From Adineta steineri (Eukaryota), in NCBI GenBank assembly GCA_905250115.1, contig CAJNOI010000182.1:44962-108961 (forward strand): a stretch of 64,000 nucleotides of DNA, written 5' to 3'. The notes below the pieces were generated by a model. That model searched no databases. It worked only from the letters and a program-made list of their open reading frames with translations, and had not been told where the DNA came from. This document shows, in pieces, positions 56,817 to 64,000 of the stretch. The number at the start of each line of letters is the position of its first letter. Position 1 is the first letter of the stretch. Made by a program: the position numbers and the translations under genes.

Positions 56817-59577
56817 TTATCTATGTACATGAGGATGAATATATGTGTCAAGGTTTTGTACATGACCATTACATCGACAAGTCGTAGATGGTACATAAAA
56901 TGTTTCATTATTACAATAACGCATAACATTATTATCTGCTGTGATTGATGTTTGATCTTGTTGATTGGAGAGAAGACGTTGTTGTAAATGTTGCAATTCA
57001 GATGGACATGAATGTGCTGAACAATCACGATGATTATATGTATTCTGTGTTGGATAAAGTAATCGATTTGCCCAAAGAAGAATAGCTGCACATTGATGTT
57101 GTTGTGAAGTTGGTGTTGAACAACCTGTTGTTGTCGTAATATTTGTAGCATATTGATATTCATGTGAATTTGTTGTTGGTATATGAAGTAAATGATTTGT
57201 TGGATGACAACAAAAATGATGACGAAGTGTTGATGGATGTGGTGGTATAATTGGAACATTTGTAATATTTAATTTTTTTTCATTATATAAAAATGGTTGT
57301 TCACTATCGGATGATAGCGATGGCAGTTGTTCATAAAGACTATCATTTGTTCCTGTAATTCCATGATTATCGATCGGTTTAATCGATGGTTGATGTAATC
57401 GAGCATGATGATAATAATAATGATGAGAACGTTGACGTTGTAGTTCAGCAGTTAAATGACGACGTAGTCGACGTCGACAAATAGCTAATGTGATAAGTAA
57501 TATTAGAAAAAGTAAAACAAATAATAATAGAAAAAAAACAATAATAGTAAGAGTTTGATTATGATGTTGAACAAATGGAATTTCACGAATAATAGGTAGT
57601 TCAGTATATGGTATGAAGGTCGTCCATTCTTGTGGGTAAGTAGGTGGCATTATAATAGGTTTAGTTGGTGAATTACGTATTGGACGATTCGTTGAAGACA
57701 TAAGAATAGTTAGAAGTGTACTCGTCGATAGTATAGCTAAAAAATAAATTAGAAATATAAGATAAAAATAAATTTTTCAATTAAACCTGAAGATTTTTGT
57801 AATATTTTTGTAAGATGAACTGTACTATCATTATTATTGGAAAGAATCATCCATCCATCACTAATTGGTTGTTCTTTTGTAATTTGATCGTTAGACAGGA
57901 TAATAGTTTGTAAATGTTTTAAACATTGAAATAAATTATTTATTGATGGAAATATCGTAATTAAATTTGGATTATAACTTAGATTTAATTCATGTAAATT
58001 ACTTGCTGCACAAAATGTATCATTTGTTAATTGTTGTAAATTATTTTTTGCTAAATTTAATTTTATCAATGATGTTTTACCGATGAATACATAGGGTTGT
58101 ATATGTTCAATGTCATTTTCTTCATAATCAAGTTCAGTGATTGTTTGTGGTAAGAGAATATGTATATCCGATAAATTTGTTCGTGGACATTTTACTATAT
58201 GACGTGACCATTGAGCATCATGTGAACATGAACAATCCGAAGGACATACAAAATGGCAATCGCATGCTTCAAAATCACAACATGAACAATCAGATGCACA
58301 ATGACGTGAATATGGGCATAGTAAATCATTACGAGACATATCCATAATCGAATGCGAATGACATTGAAGCAAATGCAAATCATGAATGATTATAGAAGCT
58401 GGTGATGAATCAAGTATAGCACCAAGCCAACAATCACATGTTAATGGATTTCCATTAAGAAATAATTCAAGAGTATGATTAACATTTACCTAAAATAAAA
58501 ATATACGAAAAACGTTTTCTTTCAGATTGTAATCATAGTAGTTCCTGATTATGACGAAATTCTTTTTTTTTTCTCTACCCTTAGGATGTCTGAATTTCCT
58601 GGATATAAATGTATATTTTCATATAGAATTACATCATTTAATAGCACTCAGACAGAATTAAGTCAGTATGTTTGTATTCCTAACTTTGATAATAAGAAAG
58701 AAGAAGAAGGAATACATACTTGATCATTATCATTATATATTGATGTTCGATTGATAGTTGATATGAATTTTAATTTATTTTTGAGAAATTCAAGTGATTG
58801 TATTTGATTAAATTTAAGATCGAGTATGTGTAACTGTCCATGTAACCATCCATCTTCAATAAATGTCAAACGATTGTTTGATACATTGAGATATTCAAGT
58901 TGTATATTTTCATCAATAGAAGGCAATCTTTCTAGTTGATTGTCACCTAGTGATAAATGAGTCAATTTTGTTAATGATATCAACAATGGTAATATTGAAG
59001 ATTGTAACAAGTCACAATCAGTTAAATCAAGTTGAGTTAAATGAGGCGGTAAAGACGAAAGTTTCATTTTTTTATTATGACGTAGACTAAGACCGATAAG
59101 ATTTCTTTGTACACGATTATTACCAAAATTAATATCAATTAAATTTGGATTATTATCAAGATAAATAGATTTTAAATTTGATGGTAATGGAAATGAAAGA
59201 ATAAATTTTGACAATGAATTATAACTTAAATCAAGTATTTCAACTGATGAAGGTAATGAAAATGGCAATTGACTAAGTGTAGACAATTGACATGAATTTA
59301 TTTTAAATGTTTGCATTGTATGATTTGAAGATAATGATAGTGGTGGTAGACTTGTAATTGTCAATGTATGTGCAATACATACTTGTTTTTCTTGTTGATC
59401 ATTTATATATTCAACTGTAATTGTACACTGTTCAGATATTTGATCATTCGAATAAAGAAGATATTTTGTTTTATTATCAATAGAATTTTTATTCATAAGA
59501 CAATTCCATTCTAATGATAAACTGTTATTAATAAAAAGTAATATAAATAAAATTATTTCGAATATCATCATCATCAT
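56817..59577 (-). CDS. Type-I LRR transmembrane receptor with a Toll-like ectodomain (LRR blocks separated by LRRCT/Cys-cluster/LRRNT) and a His/Gln-rich cytoplasmic tail; no TIR domain; 3 exons.
   Basis: ATGx4 at 59577 and a signal peptide (MMMMIFEIILFILLFINNSLS) open the protein. More than 10 LRRs follow (LDLSYNSLSKF, LSLGDNQLERLP, LNVSNNRL, LDLKFNQIQSL). Then ..GNPLTCDCW.. and the cluster CPYSRHCASDCSCCDFEACDCHFVCPSDCSCSHDAQWSRHIVKCP. More LRRs follow, then the TM TIIVFFLLLFVLLFLILLITLAI with a CRRRLRR stop-transfer. The tail of about 220 aa is HHYYYHH.. rich. Confidence 0.75.
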
Positions 59578-59797
59578 CTTAGGATTATTATCTAAAATAG
59601 AATAGTAATAAATTTTCTATGAAAACGGAAGTTATGCTTTCACATCATCATCACACAAAGAATGAAATGAGAAGGAAAAAGAAAGGTTGGCAATTCTTAT
59701 TAAAAGTCTTTGTATGTATTTGAACAATGCAATTGCTCTGTATTCTCTTTTAACAGAGTAATTACACGCACTACATGCTTGCACGTCGTCCACATAT

Positions 59798-59832
59798 ATA
59801 TATATATATACATACATACATACAATAGCAAG
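59798..59832. repeat. (TA)n followed by (CATA)n microsatellite.
   Basis: atatatatatatatatacatacatacatacaata. Confidence 0.8.
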
Positions 59833-60089
59833 ATAGATTAATTCAAATAACCTTACGCAATAGCAGGAATGATGATGGTATACGGATAATAATAGTGATG
59901 AAAACATTTTTATTAATATGGCTTGAATAGTGCTGTTGTTGTTTGTAGTTATGCTACGTCGTCAATTAGAAGTGCCGGAAGAAAGCACCTTGTCGATGGT
60001 GTTTGATTGCATCATGTGCCAAACATACACATACATAGATATATATATATATAAAAGTCGATAATACTAATCGATGGAACAGAAAAAAA

Positions 60090-60116
60090 AGAGAGTGGGG
60101 GAGAGAGAGAGAGAGC
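60090..60116. repeat. (GA)n-rich microsatellite.
   Basis: gagagtgggggagagagagagagagcg. Confidence 0.7.
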
Positions 60117-62289
60117 GACAAAGAAGGCTCCAACTGACCTTGATTAACATCGCCTTGTTCTTTTTTTTCTCTTATCTATGATAATCCAATCAACATTGAC
60201 GCTGAATGTCGGTTGTTCAAAGATTTATTATCCTATCTATGTCCATTGATTCTAATGGCAGTAACAGTTAGTGAATCTAATTTGTGAAAATCTGAGTTTT
60301 TCTTCGTCTATTTTTTTCTCCTATTATTCTAACAATCTATAAATGATGCTTATGATTATGTTTGTATGTATATGTATGGATGGTATTTCATGAGACCCCA
60401 TGATAAAAGAAGCAAACTTGCTGTCTATCGATGTATATATATATATATTTATATGTCGATGATCAACATATAGCCATCAAAACCTAATCAACACATCAAG
60501 CAGAGAGCAAACACAACAATACGCACGATATAGAGTAAATGAGCAAATGGGGAAATAAAATGAAGAGACAATGATTCCCTATTGAATCGCAGCCTTTTGT
60601 TGAGACAGATAGAAAATTGAAAGAAAACGTGTGCATCATTTGTATATGTATTTATGTCTCTATTCTCGATGTGAGCATGAAGCGTAACAGTAACTGTATT
60701 GATGATTAATCTCAAGAGAGTTGTTCATTCGTTTGAAGTCGTATCATTATTAGATTGTGCTTTTTTGACATATACAACTCTTTTTTGCTATTTGAATGAC
60801 CATTAAGATCCCAATTGTTCTTCTAAGAAAAGACGATGACGACTTCCGTTTTCACCATCTGCTTGACCTCACTTTCTCTTCATACTGATATACTATGTAT
60901 ATGTGGATGGCAACTTACTCTTCTTCTCCATCGTGCAGACGATGCCATTAAATGACTATTCACTGACACTTTTTATGTGAAGGGTTCGTCCACAACAATT
61001 GAGAGAAATAAATTAAATTTAAACTTTTCAATTATAAGTAGACGAAGACGAATGGCAACTGTGTCTCATCTATGTAAGGCTACACATATAATCAACATGC
61101 GCCAATGTATAAACAAACGTTGTGCGACACATATCTATTCAAAGAAGAAGAAAAAAAACGGGACAATAGACAATATATATATACCGATTCACTCTGGACT
61201 TTCGCGTGACAACAGCTGTGCCTGCATATGCTCGGACAAACGATGTTTAAATGACTCAATTGACACTATGTATTGACCCGAATGACAGAAAACATGAACA
61301 TAAATACCCTAGGGTATATAACGTTCTGGTTTTGACTGACATGAACAAAAAGAATTTACGGCTAGTAATGAATCAATAAGGTCTATTTTTTGTATTGTAA
61401 CAGAAATAGTTAAAATAACCTTGTCAAAAAAAAAAGTTTTAAATGAATGAACAAAGAATAAGAATATGATTGACAGTCTATCGTACACATAAAGACTCAA
61501 TCTTGTATTCAAGAACAACTGATTGTTCGTTGATCAGTTTCAATCGTACGATTGTACTCGAATACATGTATAAGCATTGATGTGCATCTAACTACTATTA
61601 TATATATATATATAATCATCGGACCTTCGATACTCTTCTATTACATGGACATTGTACATACTCTCGTCAGTAATACTGTAAACTACACATACATATATAA
61701 AGAGGAAGGGAGATCATTTTAAATTAAATGAACACTCCATCATCCATAACTCTCTTTTGACTAAGGGCGCACATATGTGTAACTGATTCAAGAGTCCATC
61801 CGCCTACCCACCTGTTCAAACCTTGTTACTGTCAGCAGTCAGTCAAATATACGATCATATTCGAACTGACCTCTTTCTGTCGTTAGTAATTTGATCTGCT
61901 GACAAAAAAAGGCGAATAAAAAGTAACAATACATAGTTATACATGTATATCTAATGATTATTGTAATACCTCGCTATTCTTTACGTCTCATTCTACAATG
62001 ATGATCAATTGTGTTAGAAACAAAAGATGGAATAAAACAGACAAATAAAAAAAAACGAGAAGAAAAAGCAAATGTCCAAGAACTATGGACAAACAGACTT
62101 ACTATATAGTCACATCATCAAATCAATCGTGCAAAAAAGATTGCATGCACGTTCATTATTAAAATGTAAATACGTCCGCATCATACATTCGCTTGCTTTA
62201 TAATGTATGTATATTCGTATTACTACTGTGTCGTCGTAGAATGACTGACATACAAAGGAAGATGATTTTTTAACATGGTCGTTTTCTCC

Positions 62290-62400
62290 TCCTTCTTCCG
62301 TTCGCTCATCGTCTACTTTCTCTCTTTCGGCCTCTCTCTCTCTCCCTCTCTTGCTCGCCATCTCCTCTGTCTTTTGCCTGCTGTTCAATCGTCGTGAGGA
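62290..62400. repeat. CT-rich low-complexity tract ((CT)n core).
   Basis: ctcctccttcttccgttcgctc...tctctttcggcctctctctctctccctctcttgctcgccatctcctctgtc. Confidence 0.6.
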
Positions 62401-64000
62401 AAGTGTCAATCATTGTCGTTTGAGTGCCAAATAAACGCGCATACACACAAACACTCTCATCTCGAATATCTGAAGAGTGCATGTGACAGTAACATTAGCT
62501 TGCGTATTTGGCGTCCACAATAACAGTACCCAATGTTATATAGCGTGCTGTTAGATCATTAAAAGTTTGTGGTCAATTGGGTCCTATCTAATCGACGCGA
62601 CATTGCATGCCGTGTCCAGAAAGATGAATTAATTTCGAAATTCACTACTAATGAGAAAAGACGAATGATGAGCTTTTCTACTTCTTGAATATACCTTTAA
62701 AGTGGCATGCAGCTGTCAATATTCACAGACACACACATGTATGAAACAAGGCTCTTTGAACTTGGAATTCATTTTTTTTTCAAAATATAAAGCTAAATCT
62801 AAAGAGTGTTTCTATTGAAATGAAAGCACACAATTATATTGCTCTTCTTAAAAAATATGTATAGAGAAAAGAGTGCACTTGTCATAGAAATGTTTATTCA
62901 GCTTGTTATTTTCAAATATAATACGCAGCCTAACCAGAATATAATTCCTTTTTTTTCTCTTCGCCGTCTTCTTCTTCAAACTTCAATCACTTTTGAAGTT
63001 TTCAGATCTATTACGTGTCAATGAATTCTTTTCAACTTATATAAGCAAAAAAAAAGGAGCAACCATAATGTCCTAGAAAAAAAGAGCTTCTTTTCTTTTA
63101 CTAAAATAATCATTGTATGTGCTTGTATTACTGTAATTAATGTGATTGAATATTCTGATTTCTTTTTTTTTTTTTTGTTTAATTTTCATCCTTCTCATTT
63201 ATTGACCTTGCGTTCAACATAGTCAATCCGTAAATCAATTTTATTCACACTCGACTCCACGTTTTCAAGGCAAACTTTCAATCACAAACGATCGGTTTTA
63301 ATGGTTTTATCATTACATTGATTTGGACGGTATTCAATAGAAACGATAGCTTTTTAATCGATCGATCGATATATATATATCCATCGACGATGATCGCTAT
63401 AATTATTTATAATACCGTTCATTTCAATATACACATATGTGATCATCTAACATTTAAGACGTATAAAGCTTCTGGTATTGATAATGGCGGGTGGTAACTT
63501 ATGATGATATACATTCATACGAATAGCAGTCAACCGTAGAATGCCTTAAGTCGTGTAGCTTATTGTGAATAAACCAGACAAAATGTCACTGAAAGACAAT
63601 GATGACGATAAAATGGGTAGACTTTCTCTTATGAATGCCGACTATTGCTTGTCTCATGAACAATTTCACGTCTTTGACTTTGAGTTGTCTTTACATTAGA
63701 CAATATGAATGAACAAACAGATGTGTATTTATACGTATACATATACATATACAGCACATGTGCGTATAGTCTGTTATATATTTACTCAACTAATTTGTAC
63801 AATGATATTTTTCTTTACAGACACACTTTTATAAATATAAATATTAATAAAATAAATTACATTTTAACTTCCTACCTTTTCAATCTAAATGCATATAGTT
63901 TTTTTTCGATTACCGTGATGGCCATACAATTTCAATATTCAATTTTAACATTGCAAATATAGAAAATGAAAAGAGAAGAGAGAGGGAGAGAGAAAAAGAT

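Noticed and set aside
60977-61276. 99-aa plus-strand ORF and 62110..62409 minus-strand ORF in the 3' gene-poor block
   Set aside because: Composition is driven by GA/CT microsatellite tracts (REREAEREK..; RRRRMATVSH..). There are no splice signals or domain similarity. They are likely non-coding.

Overview
The window is an AT-rich (about 30% GC), very gene-dense metazoan nuclear locus; it is not prokaryotic. About 25 protein-coding genes lie in 64 kb. Almost all are split by uniformly tiny introns of about 45-55 bp with GT..AG ends, and intergenic spacers are very short.

Genes I recognise directly from the translated ORFs and my own splicing of exons:
- nurim
- cyclin Q (FAM58A-like)
- AP-3 delta
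- SLC35B1
- sulfide:quinone oxidoreductase
- a PIWI-clade Argonaute with an N-terminal RG-repeat tract
- glycogen phosphorylase
- RCC1
- ILRUN (C6orf106)
- two tandem serine-palmitoyltransferase small-subunit (SPTSS) paralogs
- a PKA-like AGC kinase
- LRRC51
- a UBC-fold E2-like protein
- a giant (about 8.7 kb) NO VEIN (NOV)/sacsin-like gene with a GHKL ATPase motif and a C-terminal DUF3883 nuclease-like domain
- a Toll-ectodomain-like LRR transmembrane protein without a TIR domain

Non-genic structure:
- several GC-rich elements with terminal inverted repeats (MITE-like) inserted into introns and spacers
- a roughly 500 bp foldback palindrome
- a degenerate TGTGGG-like repeat flanked by inverted repeats
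- microsatellites in a gene-poor 3' block

The most notable points are recurrent 'polypyrimidine-AG immediately before ATG' arrangements, including an operon-like LRRC51 -> E2-like -> ORF triplet with AATAAA/acceptor/ATG spacing, which suggest spliced-leader trans-splicing. Compact genes, about 50 bp introns, low GC and the TGTGGG motif are compatible with a bdelloid-rotifer-like genome; this is inference only. I found no rRNA, tRNA or CRISPR.

Multi-exon gene coordinates are gene spans (first to last coding base I could place); internal exon boundaries are approximate. The ORF track assigns M to alternative start codons (TTG etc.), so several ORF-track 'starts' are not ATG.
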